DNA of 64,000 nucleotides from Eledone cirrhosa. Taxonomy: Eukaryota. Under the pieces are notes generated by a model. The model worked only from the letters and a program-made list of their open reading frames with translations. It was not told the origin of the DNA and ran no database searches. Shown here in pieces: positions 14,716 through 32,226 of the stretch; positions within the stretch are counted from its first letter, which is position 1, and the number at the start of each line of letters is the position of its first letter. The stretch covers positions 273,587 to 337,586 of the forward strand of contig CAXHJY010000401.1 in NCBI GenBank assembly GCA_964016885.1, given 5' to 3'. The translations under genes were made by a program, and so were the position numbers.

Positions 14716-15046
14716 TATATAATTACACACACACACACATAAATATATTATATGTCCCTCTTTATTATTATCCACGTTGTTGTCTTCTGTCTTATCTTTT
14801 AAATAGTGCCCAAATAGTGATTGTAAAGTTGCCTTGGGGAGCTGCTCCCCACACCCTCGGGGGGTTACTACCCTCACCCTCGGGGTACCCACACCAATAT
14901 ATATGACAGACCACCAACAAATGGCTTACGTTCCCACAGACCGTTTCTCTCTCCTCGCCGCCCTTCACGATGTCATTTTAAATGAATTTAGATTTTCGTT
15001 TAAATGCATTAACTCCCATTGTTTTGCTTTCATTATATTCACATAG

Positions 15047-15088
<42 letters not shown>

Positions 15089-15318
15089 AGAGACACAGAC
15101 ACACATACACACAGACACACACACGCATAGATACACACACACATATACACATACACACATACACATATACACACATACACACACACAGAGACACAGACAC
15201 ACATACACACAGACACACACACACACATACACACATACACATATACACATACACACATACACATATACACACATACACACACATACACTCACACAGACAT
15301 ACACACATACTCACACAC

Positions 15319-15353
<35 letters not shown>

Positions 15354-15577
15354 TATTTATTTATATTTATATATATTCATTAGTTAAGCAAAACATATAT
15401 ATTTTATATATATATATTTATATATATGTATATATATTGATATATATATATTTATATATATATATATTTATATATATGTATATATATATATATATGTGTG
15501 TATATATATATGTATATATATATGTATATATATATATATATGTATATAATATGTATGTATATATATGTATATATATG

Positions 15578-15658
<81 letters not shown>

Positions 15659-15665
15659 GTGTGTG

Positions 15666-15736
<71 letters not shown>

Positions 15737-15758
15737 GTGTGTGTATATATATATATAC

Positions 15759-15825
<67 letters not shown>

Positions 15826-16480
15826 CACATATACATGCATACAAACATACTACACACCCATCTGTCTGTTTGTGTGTGTGTGTGTGTGTGTGTGTAAACT
15901 GAAATTAAGAACCTCATATATTACAGATATTTGTGTTACAATTTATTTCACTGACTTTCCATGATAAAGTGTGTTTTTTCAGCTGATATTTCGGTATAAA
16001 AATGCCCTATTCATAGCTTGACAAATTATTATAGAATTCATGCGTTTTACGGATTCTTCTTTTACAAATAATACACATACACATTTTACATGTTCCACCA
16101 TGTACACATGTCGCCACCACTGCACCTCTGCAATAACACACGCACACACACATACACACATACACACTCTCTATCTCACACACATACACACTCTCTATCT
16201 CACACACACACTCTCTCTCTCTCTCTCACACTCTCTCTCTCACACACAGACACACACTCTCTCTTTCACACACACACAAACACACTCTCTCTCACACACA
16301 CACACTCTCTCTCACACACACACACACTCTCTCTCTCTCACACTCTCTCTCACACTCTCTCTCTCACACTCTCTCTCTCTCACACTCTCTCACTCTCACT
16401 CTCTCTCTCACACTCTCTCACTCTCACTCTCACACTCTCTCTCTCACACTCTCTCACTCTCACTCTCTCTCTCTCACACA

Positions 16481-16515
<35 letters not shown>

Positions 16516-16589
16516 GTTAGTATCGTAGTACAGCCTTACCATTATCCGTTCTCGCGGGTTTTCTAGTTATGTGGTAACAACTACCTTGG

Positions 16590-17020
16590 AATGGATCTCC
16601 GTCAGTTTAACGACGAGATTCTTGGTTGTTCAACCAATCTCCCTGACAATTATTTTAATGGTACCTATATACACGTCTGTAGAATGCTCAGACACTTGGT
16701 CGTTGATTTTCAAGAGCAGGATATTCAGTTGATCTAACAACTGGAAACACTCGTCGTCGGAACCGACGTGGATCCAACATATACTACACATGCATAGACA
16801 TATTCCTACACATACACACACTCTCTCTCGTTGATCGAACAACTGGATTCCTCCTCGTCAGAACCGACGGGGATCCAACACTCAGCGACGTGAGTGTCTT
16901 GCTCAAGGACACAGTGGACTGTAACAAGGTGAAATAAAGTGTCTTGCTGAAGGACACGACACAGTGGAAATCGAACTGACGACCTTAGGATAGTGAGTTG
17001 TCTACCCTAACCACTAAGCC
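16590..17020 (-). mobile_element. Degenerate SINE family B with internal duplications
   Basis: tRNA-like head plus gtgtccttgagcaagacact motif at 16890-17020; duplicated ctcgtcgtc.gaaccgacg.ggatccaaca; body fragment also at 47870-47901. Confidence 0.55.
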
Positions 17021-17552
17021 GTCACTCCGTTTTGCCGCTAGTAGTAGGAGTAGCAGTAGCAGCAGTAGTAATAGTAGTAGTAGCAGTAGTAGTAGTAGTA
17101 GCAGCAGCAGCAGTAGTAGTAGCAAGAGTAGCAGTAGTTGTAGTAGTTTTATTATTATTTTTCTTTTTCATTTTTTGTTTTGTTTTGACTTGTATTACGC
17201 AAACATGCGAACATACATTGACAAACACACACACACACACTCACACTCACACTCACACAGACATTCACACACACTCACACACACTCACACACACTCACTC
17301 ACACACTCACACACACACACACACACACACAGTCACACATACACAGGCATTCACACACACACCATCACACACACTCACACCATCACACACACTCACATAC
17401 GCTCTCACACTTACACACACACAGACATACACACACACACTCACATATACTCTCACACTCACACACACACACTCACATATACTCACACTCACACACACAC
17501 TCACACACACACTCTCACACACTCACACACTCACACACACACTCTCACACAC

Positions 17553-17596
<44 letters not shown>

Positions 17597-17871
17597 TCAC
17601 TCACTCACTCACTCACTCACTCACTCACTCACTCACTCACTCACTCACTCACTCACTCACTCACTCACTCACTCACTCACTCACTCACTCACAGACACAC
17701 ACCCACACAAATATATATATATGTGTATATAGATAGATATATTTAGGTATATATATATATATATATATAAATACATGGAGTGTGTATTTATCCGTGTATA
17801 CAAAAATACCTGACATCTATATGTAATTCGTGTACCTTTAAGTACATACATGAATATATACATACTACTGC

Positions 17872-17922
<51 letters not shown>

Positions 17923-17958
17923 CAAGAGCAAGAATGAGGGGCTCATTCTACTGACATT

Positions 17959-18024
<66 letters not shown>

Positions 18025-18043
18025 CACATATATATACATATAC

Positions 18044-18096
<53 letters not shown>

Positions 18097-18099
18097 TAA

Positions 18100-18130
<31 letters not shown>

Positions 18131-18496
18131 TAAATATATATATCTATATATATACACACACACTCACACATATATATATACACACACTCATATATATAAA
18201 CATACATACATACATACATACATACATACATACATACATACATACATACATACATACATACATAGATATCCCCGACCCGCCTACCCACCCCAACCGCACA
18301 CTAACCAGATTGAGAATCGTAGTAAACTACATAAGTAAGAGGTTTTAGTTGGCTGTTAAACAAACAGAGTCAACATACAACAGACAGCCAGATCAAAGAG
18401 TTCGGGTTAGAGAGGTGTGAGATAGATAGTTCCTCTTTACTATAGTAGAATATATCACCTTCTAGTTGCTGTAGCCGTATCACTGGCCTCTCACAT

Positions 18497-19450
18497 ACCA
18501 CCACCACCACCACTGACTACACCACCACCACACTACCACTGACAACACCACCACTCACTGACACCACCACCACCGTTACACCACCACCGCCACCGTTACA
18601 ACTCCACCACCACTGACTACACTACCGCTGACTACACCACCACCACCACCACACTACCACTGACAACACCACCACTCACTGACACCACCACCACCGTTAC
18701 ACTACCACCACCACCACCACTGACTACACTACCGCTGACTACACCACCACCACACTACCACTGACAACACCACCACCACTCACTGACACCACCACCACCG
18801 TTACACCGCCACCACCACCACCACCACTGACTACACTACCGCTGACTACACCACCACCACCACCACACTACCACTGACAACACCACCACTCACTGACACC
18901 ACCACCACCGTTACACCGCCACCACCACCACCACCATTGACTACACTACCGCTGACTACACCACCACCACCACCACACTACCACTGACAACACCACCACC
19001 ACTCACTGACACCACCACCACCGTTACACTACCACCACCACCACCACTGACTACACTACCGCTGACTACACCACCACCACCACCACCGTTACACTACCAC
19101 CACCACCACCACCGTTACACCACCACCGCCACCGTTACAACTCCACCACCACTGACTGCACCATGGACTCCACCGAGACAGCCGCCATTACCACCACCAC
19201 TACCACCACCACTACTACCACCATCACTACTACTACCACCACCACCATCACAACCACCACCACTACCACCATCACAACCACTACCATCACTACTACCACC
19301 ACCATCACTACCACTACCACCACCACTACTGCTACCACTACCCCTCATACCCCCCCCACACTCCCAGTACCACCGCTACACCCTCCCCCACAACTACCCA
19401 CTACTTCTCCCTACTAACCCTAGAGCTACCACCACTACCACCACCACCTC
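18497..19450. repeat. (ACC)n-based compound repeat with higher-order units; related tracts at 36008-36373, 55115-55652, 61868-62960
   Basis: Direct inspection. Confidence 0.9.
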
Positions 19451-19792
19451 ACTACCAGCAGTCCCCCCCCTCTCAACACATGTCTATTGTCAAACACCTT
19501 TAAAAAGACAAGAAATCCTTTTGAACTGGAGTGTAGTGTGTTAGGGGTGGGGTGGCTGGACGTGGTGGTGGGGGTGGGTATAGGCGGGGTTGGGGTTGGG
19601 TGTTGTGTTGTGGGGTGGTGTAGTTTGATGTGGCGTAGTGTGGTATGTTGTGTTGCGATGTGATGGTGTAGTATGGTATATAGTGTAGTGTGGTGTGGTG
19701 TAGGGTGGTATGTTGTGTTGTGGTGTGGTGTGTAGTATGGTATAGTGTAGTGTAGTGGGTTGGTGTGGTGTGGTGTGGTATATGGTATGTAT

Positions 19793-21225
19793 CTATATAC
19801 CTACCTACCAATCTACCTCTCTATATACCTACCTACCACCTACCTCTCTATATACCAACCTTCCAATCTACCTCTATACTACCTACTTACCTCTCTACTA
19901 CCTACCTACCATCTACCTTTCTATATACCAACCTACCATCTACCTCTCTATATACCAACCTTCCAATCTACCTCTATATATACCAACCTACCATCTACCT
20001 CTCTATATACCAACCTACCAATCTACCTCTCTATATACCAATCTACCTCTCTACTACCTACCTACCATCTACCTCTCTATATACCTACCTACCAGTCTAC
20101 CTCTCTACTACCTACCTACCAAACTACCTCTCTATATACCTACCTACCATACTACCTCTCTATATACCTACCTACCATCTACCTCTCTATATACCTACCT
20201 ACCAATCTACCTCTCTATATACCTACCTACCAATCTACTACTCTATATACCTAACTACCAATATACCTCTCTATATACCTAACTACCAATCTACCACTCT
20301 ATATACCTACCTACCATCTACCTCTCTATATACCTACCTACCAATCTACCTCTCTATATACCTACCTACCAATCTACTACTCTATATACCTAACTACCAA
20401 TCTACCACTCTATATACCTACCTACCATCTACCTCTCTATATACCTACCTACCAATCTACCTCTCTATATACCTACCTACCAATCTACCTCTCTATATAC
20501 CTACCTACCAATCTACTACTCTATATACCTAACTACCAATCTACCACTCTATATACCTACCTACCATCTACCTCTCTATATACCTACCTACCAGTCTACC
20601 TTTCTATATACCTACCTACCATACTACCTCTCTATATACCTAACTACCAATCTACCACTCTATATACCTACCTACCGTCTACCTCTCTATATACCTACCT
20701 ACCAATCTACCACTCTATATACCTACCTACCATCTACCTCTCTATATACCTAACTACCAATCTACTACTCTATATACCTAACTACCAATCTACCACTCTA
20801 TATACCTACCTACCATCTACCTCTCTATATACCTACCTACCAGTCTACCTCTCTACTACCTACCTACCAATCTACCACTCTATATACCTACCTACCAATC
20901 TACCTCTCTATATACCTACCTACCAATCTACCTCTCTATATACCTACCTACCAATCTACCACTCTATATACCTAACTACCAATCTACCTCTCTATATACC
21001 TACCTACCAATCTACCTCTCTATATACCTAACTACCAATCTACCACTCTATGTACCTACCTACCGTCTACCTCTCTATATACCTACCTACCAATCTACCA
21101 CTCTATATACCTAACTACCAATCTACCTCTCTATATACCTAACTACCAATCTACCTCTCTATATACCTAACTACCAATCTACCACTCTATATACCTACCT
21201 ACCATCTACCTCTCTATATACCTCT
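19793..21225. repeat. ~27-28-bp minisatellite almost devoid of G on the plus strand
   Basis: Unit ctacctaccaatctacctctctatatac and variants. Confidence 0.92.
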
Positions 21226-21669
21226 AAATATATATATTGTTATGCTTGGGGAGGGTCGTATTTTTATGAAATTGCCAGAAATAGTTTCTACTTTTGGCAC
21301 AAGGCCAGCAATTACCCCCAGTGTATTACTGGTACTTTATTTTATCGACCCCGTAAAATGAGAAAATGGCGGCTGAGCGAGGAGGGCTTTCGGTGGCCAG
21401 GATGGAGATAGTACCATCTCTGTAGTACTAGTAGTAGTAGTACTAGTAGTAGTAGTAGTAGTAGTAGCCGCAGCAGCAGCAGTAGTAGTAGGAGCAGCAG
21501 CAGCAGAAGTAGTAGTAGTAGCAGCAGAAGTAGTTGTATATTTCAAAAGTGTTGTCTTGTTGCCTAGTGACAGCTTCATTCCGGTTTATTTACGAGATGT
21601 TTGCAGTCAAATATCCGGTATGGAAGACATTAACAAGGACTGGAACAGAAATTAATACATGCAGTGGTG

Positions 21670-21700
<31 letters not shown>

Positions 21701-21747
21701 GTATATATATATAATAAATATATATATATATATAATAAATATATATA

Positions 21748-21780
<33 letters not shown>

Positions 21781-22017
21781 TATAATAAATATATATATAT
21801 ATAATAAATATATATATATATTATAAATATATATATATACATTATAAATATATGTATATATATTATAAATATATATATGTATATATATTATAAATATATA
21901 TATATATTATAAATATATATATATATATATTATAAATATATATATATATATATTATAAATATATGTATATATATATATTATAAATATATATACATATATA
22001 TATATATTATAAATATA

Positions 22018-22048
<31 letters not shown>

Positions 22049-22085
22049 TATAAATATATATATGTATATATATATATATTATAAA

Positions 22086-22127
<42 letters not shown>

Positions 22128-22327
22128 ATATATGTATATATATAAATATATATATATATATTATAAATATATGTATATATATAAATATATATATATATAT
22201 TATAAATATATATATATATATATATATTATAAATATATATATATATTATAAATATATATATATATATATTATAAATATATATATATATTATAAATATATA
22301 TACATATTATAAATATATATATGTGTA

Positions 22328-22404
<77 letters not shown>

Positions 22405-22406
<2 letters not shown>

Positions 22407-22591
22407 TAATAATTGTTTCTAATTTTGTCACAAGGCCAGCAATTAGCCAGTACATTACTGGTGCTTTATTTTATCGACCCCGTAGGGATGAGAGGCAAAG
22501 TTAACCTCAGCGGGATTTGAACTCAGACTGTAAAGGGACGTAACTATGCTGGAAAGCATGGCGTCCGACCCTCTACCGATACTGCCAATCC
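22405..22591 (-). mobile_element. SINE family A; further copies or fragments at 1820-1920 (+), 21282-21360 (-), 31740-31933 (-), 43815-43890 (+, head)
   Basis: Same diagnostic sequence as the other family A copies. Confidence 0.8.
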
Positions 22592-22688
22592 AAAAAACTC
22601 GTTAAGGTTGAAAGCAGTGATTCTTTGCTTAAACTTTAATCTCTTCTTATAAATATATATATATATATATATATGTGTCTGTGTGTGT

Positions 22689-22734
<46 letters not shown>

Positions 22735-22835
22735 GTGTGCGAGCATGAAAAAATTGTTATCTTTATATAAAGTGAGTCACGTGGCTAGTTGTGTCTGCCC
22801 TAGTGATTTGATTAGAGTACATACATATATATACA

Positions 22836-22894
<59 letters not shown>

Positions 22895-23577
22895 GCATAT
22901 ATGCATACATAAGTACATACATATTTGCATACATACATACATACATACATACAAACATGCTTATTTACACACAAACATACATTCATACAAACATGCATAC
23001 AGGCATACATATATACACATATACACACATACATACACACATGCAAACATACATACATACACACATGCATACATGCATACATACATACATACATACATAC
23101 ATACATACATACATACACACATGCATACATACATACATGCATACACACATACATACACACATGCATACACACATACATACACACATGCATACACACATAT
23201 ATACACCAACAACATTTAGGCCAACTATGTATAGTTCATAGATCTTTACAGTTTGAACTATTAAATGTCATCCACCAGATAAACACACAAATTCAAAAAC
23301 TTTAAACAAATCATGGAAACATCATAACTTACAAACTTACAACCATGGAAATTTCAACCAAACGTTAAACGTATGTTATGGCCGTTTGTTGTTTGTTTAA
23401 ATTATCTCCCTTTCTTTCACCCACCGTAGCCCCTTCCCCGCCTCTACTGTATTACTGCCACCCCAACCCTCCTCTATCGTATTTTACCTCTCTTTCTTCC
23501 TCACCGTATCTCATTCTTTTTTTTATTTCTTAATCACAAAGAAGGAACTGTAACGAACAAAGATACGATACAATAAA

Positions 23578-23724
<147 letters not shown>

Positions 23725-23727
23725 ATT

Positions 23728-23844
<117 letters not shown>

Positions 23845-24039
23845 GTATATTTATATATATATATGTATATTTATATATATATATGTATATTTATATATAT
23901 ATATGTATATATATGTATATATATGTATATATATGTATATATATGTATATATATTTATATATATGTATATATATTTATATATATGTATATATATTTATAT
24001 ATATGTATATATATTTATATATATGTATATATATTTATA

Positions 24040-24078
<39 letters not shown>

Positions 24079-24729
24079 ATATTTATATATGTGTGTATGT
24101 ATGTATTTAAAAATATAAAACTTGATTTATATTAAATGAGGTAAAAACACAATTTTTCTTAGGTTTAATGTGTGATAAACTAACAATTTGACACCCCCCC
24201 CCCCCCGTAAATATATACAAATGTATGTGTGTGTGTATACATATATGGATATATATATATATATATATATACATTTATATATACATATGTAATGTATATA
24301 TATATATATACATATGTATATATATATATATGTATACATAAGTATATATATATATATATATGGACATATATATATAGAATATATGTATATATATATATAT
24401 GTATGTATGTATATATATATATATATATGTATGTATATGTACATATATATATATATGTATATGTACATATATATATATATGTATATATATGTATATGTAC
24501 ATATATATATATATATGTATATGTACATATATATATATATATATATGTATATGTACATATATATATATATATATATGTATATGCACATACATATATATAT
24601 ATGTATATGTACATATATATATATACATATATGTATATGTACTCACATATATATATATATGTACATATATATATATATATATATAAGTATATATATATAT
24701 ATATATGTACATATATATATGTACACACG

Positions 24730-25019
<290 letters not shown>

Positions 25020-25325
25020 TATTAACAACAATAGTCGTAAGTGTAATAAATTCTTGTCTAGTCTTCAATATTGTTGAACCGGAAATATCTTTCGATTTCC
25101 TTATTTGGAAGTTTCTTTATTTATGTATTTTCTTTGTTGTTTCCTTCTGTGTTTGTTTTTGTTTTTTTTAATCATTCTTTTATCAACTTGTGATGTATGA
25201 CGAATTAATCTTTTTAGAATCACATTTATTTCTTATGTATGTATGTATGTATGTATGTATGTATGTATACTTATATGTGAGTCTATGTATATATATATAT
25301 ATGTGTGTGTGTGTATATATATATA

Positions 25326-25429
<104 letters not shown>

Positions 25430-25804
25430 AATGAATAAATGAGCAGAGAACAAAAAACAGAGAGGCAGTACAAATGATGTGGTTTTTAGTTTCACGCTTG
25501 AGAGTGAACATGTATTTATTTACCGAGCATGTGTGTGTGCCCCATCTTGGTTAAAACGTCGAAACATATGCTAACTTTTGCTTAACAGCTTCAACGTACG
25601 ATGTTCTCTCTGCAAAATAATTCAATAAGTTAGGCAAGTTTTAGGGTTTGGGTCTGTAAAATAACGGCTCAATTAATAAAGGAATCTTTAACTTCTGCAA
25701 CTTGGCATTATCCTCATTCTAATTATACTCCGTCATCCTTGTTTTGAAGAAATAACATGGCGCCGAGGAGTATTGAATTGAATTACATCCTTATCTACTG
25801 AATG

Positions 25805-25871
<67 letters not shown>

Positions 25872-25909
25872 TCTGCTGCTTAAACCATTTTGTTTGTTTA
25901 CCCTAGCGT

Positions 25910-26026
25910 CCCCTTTATTTACGTGTCCCAACGACTTTTTTTTAGCCGTTGCTCGCACCAACCTGAGGTATATGGCCTTTAATGCGACGAAATGCCTACG
26001 ACGGTTGGAAGGCCACTGATGAGGAC
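25910..26026 (+). repeat. Dispersed ~120-bp repeat, second copy 32336-32453
   Basis: tatttacgtgtcccaacgac...agccgttgctcgcaccaacc...cgacgaaat...ggaag..cactgatgagg, both followed by (TA)n. Confidence 0.75.
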
Positions 26027-26073
26027 AAACTTTTTCATATGTAACCCATTTGCAGCGCCGCAGCTCCATTATT

Positions 26074-26138
<65 letters not shown>

Positions 26139-26185
26139 ATATATTATGTTTGCCAGTATACATACTCATATTTTTATATACATAT

Positions 26186-26237
<52 letters not shown>

Positions 26238-26381
26238 TTCTGCGTCCAGAAATAGCCGTCGATACGGCTTGAGCACTGCCGTCGGGGTCTTGAACATTTT
26301 CCTATTACCCACTCTACCATCCAAAGTATTGAGTACTCTGGTACGTTATCGTCCACCCGGTTCCTTACCACACTTCCTTCG

Positions 26382-26444
<63 letters not shown>

Positions 26445-26702
26445 GTGTAGGATGCTTAAAGCGTCTGCTGTATGCGGTAGGTCGTTTGAGCACTCGATGC
26501 TCTTACAGAGCAGAAACTCTGCTTCGAAGAATCGAGACGTATCTGAGGATCTTACGATTTCAGAGTCAGGTTCGATCATTGCATCGATCGTGCCTCGGGC
26601 TGGTCGCCACAGAAACGATTGTAATATGTCTAATAAATCTTAATTCTTGGCGCGCCACTGAATCTCCGTTTCTTATGTGATATATATATGTATATATTTA
26701 TG

Positions 26703-26771
<69 letters not shown>

Positions 26772-26776
26772 TTATG

Positions 26777-26814
<38 letters not shown>

Positions 26815-26856
26815 TATGAATATATATATATATATATGAATATATATATATATATA

Positions 26857-26922
<66 letters not shown>

Positions 26923-27324
26923 TATATATATATATATATGAATATATATATATATATATGAATATATATATATATATGAATATATATATAGATATATATA
27001 GATATATATATGAATATATATATATATATGAATATATATATACATATGAATATATATATATATGTATATATATATGAATATATATATATATGTATATATA
27101 TATGAATATATATATATATGAATATATATATGTATATATATATGAATATATATATATATGAATATATATATATATGTATATATATATGAATATATATATA
27201 TATATTCATATATATATATTTATATATATATATATATATATTCATATATATATATTTATATATATATATATATATATTCATATATATATATTTATATATA
27301 TATATATATATATTCATATATATA

Positions 27325-27367
<43 letters not shown>

Positions 27368-27394
27368 TCATATATATATATTTATATATATATA

Positions 27395-27440
<46 letters not shown>

Positions 27441-27610
27441 TATATTCATATTCATATATTCATATATATATATATATTCATATATATATATATATATATT
27501 CATATATATATATATATATATTCATATATATATATATTTATATCTATATTCATATATATATATCTATATTCATATCTATATATCTATATTCATATATATA
27601 TATATATATA

Positions 27611-27662
<52 letters not shown>

Positions 27663-28129
27663 TATATATATATATATATTCATATATATGTGTATCACGG
27701 GTTCAATCGGGGGTAACCACAGTAAGTAAGGTACTCAATACATAGCAGAGTATAAGTATTTAATACAGAAATGGCTTCTACAGGACTAGAACTGTTTCAT
27801 TCGAAGGCAATCATATATATATATGCTTGTACACACATACATACACATATATACATACACACATATGCATCTCTCTTTCCCTTCATTCTCTCTCACAGTG
27901 TGTGTGTGTATGTGTGTGTGTCACACACAGGTATACATCTATAGAGAGAAAGAAGCTGCAGAAAGCATCAAAGCACACACACACACACACACACTGTCTC
28001 TCTTACACACTTGCACACACATATACATACATACAAACCCCCCCACACACACACACACACACGCACTAGCACCCACACACACAAGTACACACCCACCCAC
28101 ACACACACTAGCACCCACACAGACACACA

Positions 28130-28710
28130 CGCACCAGTACACACACACACCCACACAAACTCACCAGTACACAGACACACACACCAGTACACAGACACAC
28201 ACTCATCAGTACACAGACACACACACCAGTACACAGACACACACACACCAGTACACAGACACACACACCAGTACACACAGACACACACACACTCACTAGT
28301 ACACAGACACACACACCAGTACACAGACACACACACACACCAGTACACACACACACACAGACACACACATACACACCAGTACACAGACACAAACACACCA
28401 GTACACACATACACACCAGTACACAGACACAGACACACCAGTACACACATACACACCAGTACACAGACACACACACACAGACACACCAGTACACAGACAC
28501 ACACACACACACACCAGTACACACATACACACCAGTACACAGACACAGACACACCAGTACACACACACACACCAGTACACACACACACACACACCAGTAC
28601 ACACACACACACACCAGTACACACACACACACACCAGTACACACACACACCAGTACACAGACACACACACACCAGTACACACACACACACACACACCAGT
28701 ACACACACAG
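28130..28710. repeat. (CA)n-derived minisatellite punctuated by ccagtaca
   Basis: Direct inspection. Confidence 0.9.
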
Positions 28711-29627
28711 ACGCTAATATTGTGGGAGCCGAAACGTTGACATTAAAATAGACAAAATACTGTTCATGTTCGGCAAATTATTAACGTTTGTTATCAATTT
28801 GACAAAACAGATTTATGGGTCTGCCATAAACTACCTCCCGATCTTTATTACCTCCCTTAAGGTTTGCCTGTATGGCCGAAGGGGGGCGCTCTCCTGAAAG
28901 ATTCGCTTCAAGCTGTGATGCACAAGATTTCAGAACTACAGAATTACAGAGGAATTTCTTGGAGAGGAACATCGTAGAGCCATAAATACCGACCCACACG
29001 CGAGTAATAGCTTAGAAATTGCTGTTATATTGCTTGGCTTGGCTTCGTTTGGGTTGGTTTGGGGGCTTCTGCTTCGGCTACTGACTGGGTGTTTTTGTGC
29101 GTTTGCACATATGTATGTATATTTGTATGTATGTTTGTATGTTTGTTTGTATGTTTGTTTGTTTGTTTGTTTGTTTGTTTGTTTGTATGTTTGTATGTTT
29201 GTTTGTATGTTTGTTTGTATACTTGTTTGCATGTTTGTATGTATGTATGTATGTTTGTTTGTATGTATGTTTGTATGTTGTATGTATGTATGTTTGTATG
29301 TATGTTTGTATGTATGTTTGTATGTATGTATGTTTGCATGTTTGTATGTATGTATGTATGTTTGCATGTTTGTATGTTTGTATGTATGTTTGTATGTATG
29401 TTTGCATGTTTGTATGTATGTTTGCATGTTTCTTTGTATGTTTGTTTGCATGTTTGTATGTTTGTTTGTATGTGTTTGTATGTATGTTTGTATGTATGTA
29501 TGTTTGTATGTATGTTTGTATGTATGCGTGTATGAATGTATATATATATATATACAAGTATATAATAAATACACTACATACATTTATTTACATACACACA
29601 CATGCATATATATATATATATATATAA

Positions 29628-29667
<40 letters not shown>

Positions 29668-29727
29668 TGCATATATAATGTATGTATATATCTATATATC
29701 TCTCTATATATAATGTATGTATATATA

Positions 29728-29769
<42 letters not shown>

Positions 29770-29831
29770 TATATATATATGTGTATATGTATACATACAT
29801 TATATATATATATGTATATATATACATACAT

Positions 29832-29863
<32 letters not shown>

Positions 29864-30102
29864 CATACATTATATATATATATATGTATATATATACATA
29901 CATTATATATATATATACTGTTCCTTTACAGTATGTTTGTTTTGCTTGTTCTGGTTTTAGTTAATGTTGTTGTTGTTGCTGTTGCTGTTGCTATTATTGT
30001 TGTTGTTGTTGTTGTTGTCTTGTAGTTGTTTCATTGTATTTTGTTATGTTACCTCGCAAAAAATAGTTATCTTTAGGACTATCGCCTAGAATATTAGTGT
30101 CA

Positions 30103-30237
<135 letters not shown>

Positions 30238-30327
30238 TGTGTGTGTGTATTTATGCATGTATAGCTATATACATATATATATATATATATATATAGGTGT
30301 GTGTGTGTGTATTTATGCATGTATAGC

Positions 30328-30405
<78 letters not shown>

Positions 30406-30438
30406 GGTGTGTGTGTGTGTGTATTTATGCATGTATAG

Positions 30439-30479
<41 letters not shown>

Positions 30480-30513
30480 TGTGTGTGTGTGTGTGTATTT
30501 ATGCATGTATAGC

Positions 30514-30561
<48 letters not shown>

Positions 30562-30663
30562 TGTGTGTGTGTGTGTGTGTATTTATGCATGTATAGCTAT
30601 ATACATATATATACATATATATATATATATAGGTGTGTGTGTGTGTATTTATGCATGTATAGC

Positions 30664-30709
<46 letters not shown>

Positions 30710-30820
30710 TGTGTGTGTGTGTGTCTGTATTTATGCATGTATAGCTATATACATATATAAATGTATATATATATGTGTATATATATAATATATATATATA
30801 AAATATATATATATAAATAA

Positions 30821-30924
<104 letters not shown>

Positions 30925-30925
30925 G

Positions 30926-30956
<31 letters not shown>

Positions 30957-31001
30957 TTATTTATATTTATTTATATACATATATATATATATATATGTAT
31001 A

Positions 31002-31131
<130 letters not shown>

Positions 31132-31979
31132 CATTTGGTGTTGTCCTGTTACTGACTTGCACAGACTAATCCGGGTTTTATGTTTTAGTTCGGAAGAATT
31201 TAATGGCGGAGGAGAACTGAAAGACTTTATCTGATGTTGTTGTTGTTGTTGCTGTTGGTGTTGGTGTTGCTGTTGTTGTTGGTGTTGGTGTTGGTGGTGT
31301 TGCTGTTGGTGTTGCTGTTGTTGTTGGTGTTGCTGTTGTTGGTGTTGTTGCTGTTGTTGGTGGTGTTGCTGTTGTTGGTGGTGGTGTTGTTGTTGGTGTT
31401 GTTGGTGTTGTTGCTGTTGTTGTTGGTGTTGTTGTTGTTGTTGGTGTTGGTGTTGTTGGTGTTGTTGTTTAAAGTATGTTTATGTTTAAATGAAAACTAA
31501 AAGAAGAAAGAAAGAAAGAAAAACCTCCTCTGCTAATTCCATCGGCAATCTATGTAAGGGGCCAAGGAAAAGGGAGACCCGACCATCGTTTGTTGTTCTG
31601 AAGCTTATTGTGTCGCTAAGGGGTCTTGAAAATAGCGCAAATTTTACCTGAGTGATCTTCAAACACCTTCGTACGATTTCCTAAATATCTCCGAACCCAT
31701 GCCAATATTTTACGGGTAATAACAACCACTGCCCTTAAATAATTTCTGATTAAGGCACAGGGCCAACAATTAAATCGACACCGTTATGTTTCTGGTACTT
31801 TATTTTATCGACCTCGTAAGGATGAAAGGCAGAGCTAGCCTCGACGGGATTTGAAATCATAACGTAAATGGCCGTAACTCTATGCCGTGAAGTATGCTGG
31901 CGGATGCTCTACCGATATTGCCAAGCCACCGCCTGAATGAAACAAAAAATTGGTTTGAAGACAGGAATCTATTCATATA

Positions 31980-32010
31980 CTAGCAAAAGAGCCCGTCGTT
32001 GCCGGGCACA
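31980..32010 (-). mobile_element. Helitron-type 3' terminus (hairpin plus CTAG); second one at 38206-38235
   Basis: Minus strand gcccggcaacgacgggc-tcttttg-CTAG-t and cccgagcaacgccggg-cgattctg-CTAG-t. Confidence 0.65.
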
Positions 32011-32170
32011 CCTTTCCCCACTAAATAAACATCCCTTCTCTCATCAACATGGCCGTTTTTAAATAGCTCCAGAACTCTGCTTCAGTAAGGTTTGCTAATT
32101 TGCTGCGGAACTAACTTTCGAACTCATCATATGGACTGAGTCCTGCACTTACTATGGATATAACCTTTAG

Positions 32171-32226
<56 letters not shown>

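Noticed and set aside
25990-26026. cgaaa...ctgatgag as a permuted hammerhead (also 32412-32453)
   Set aside because: No stem II complementarity around the two core halves.
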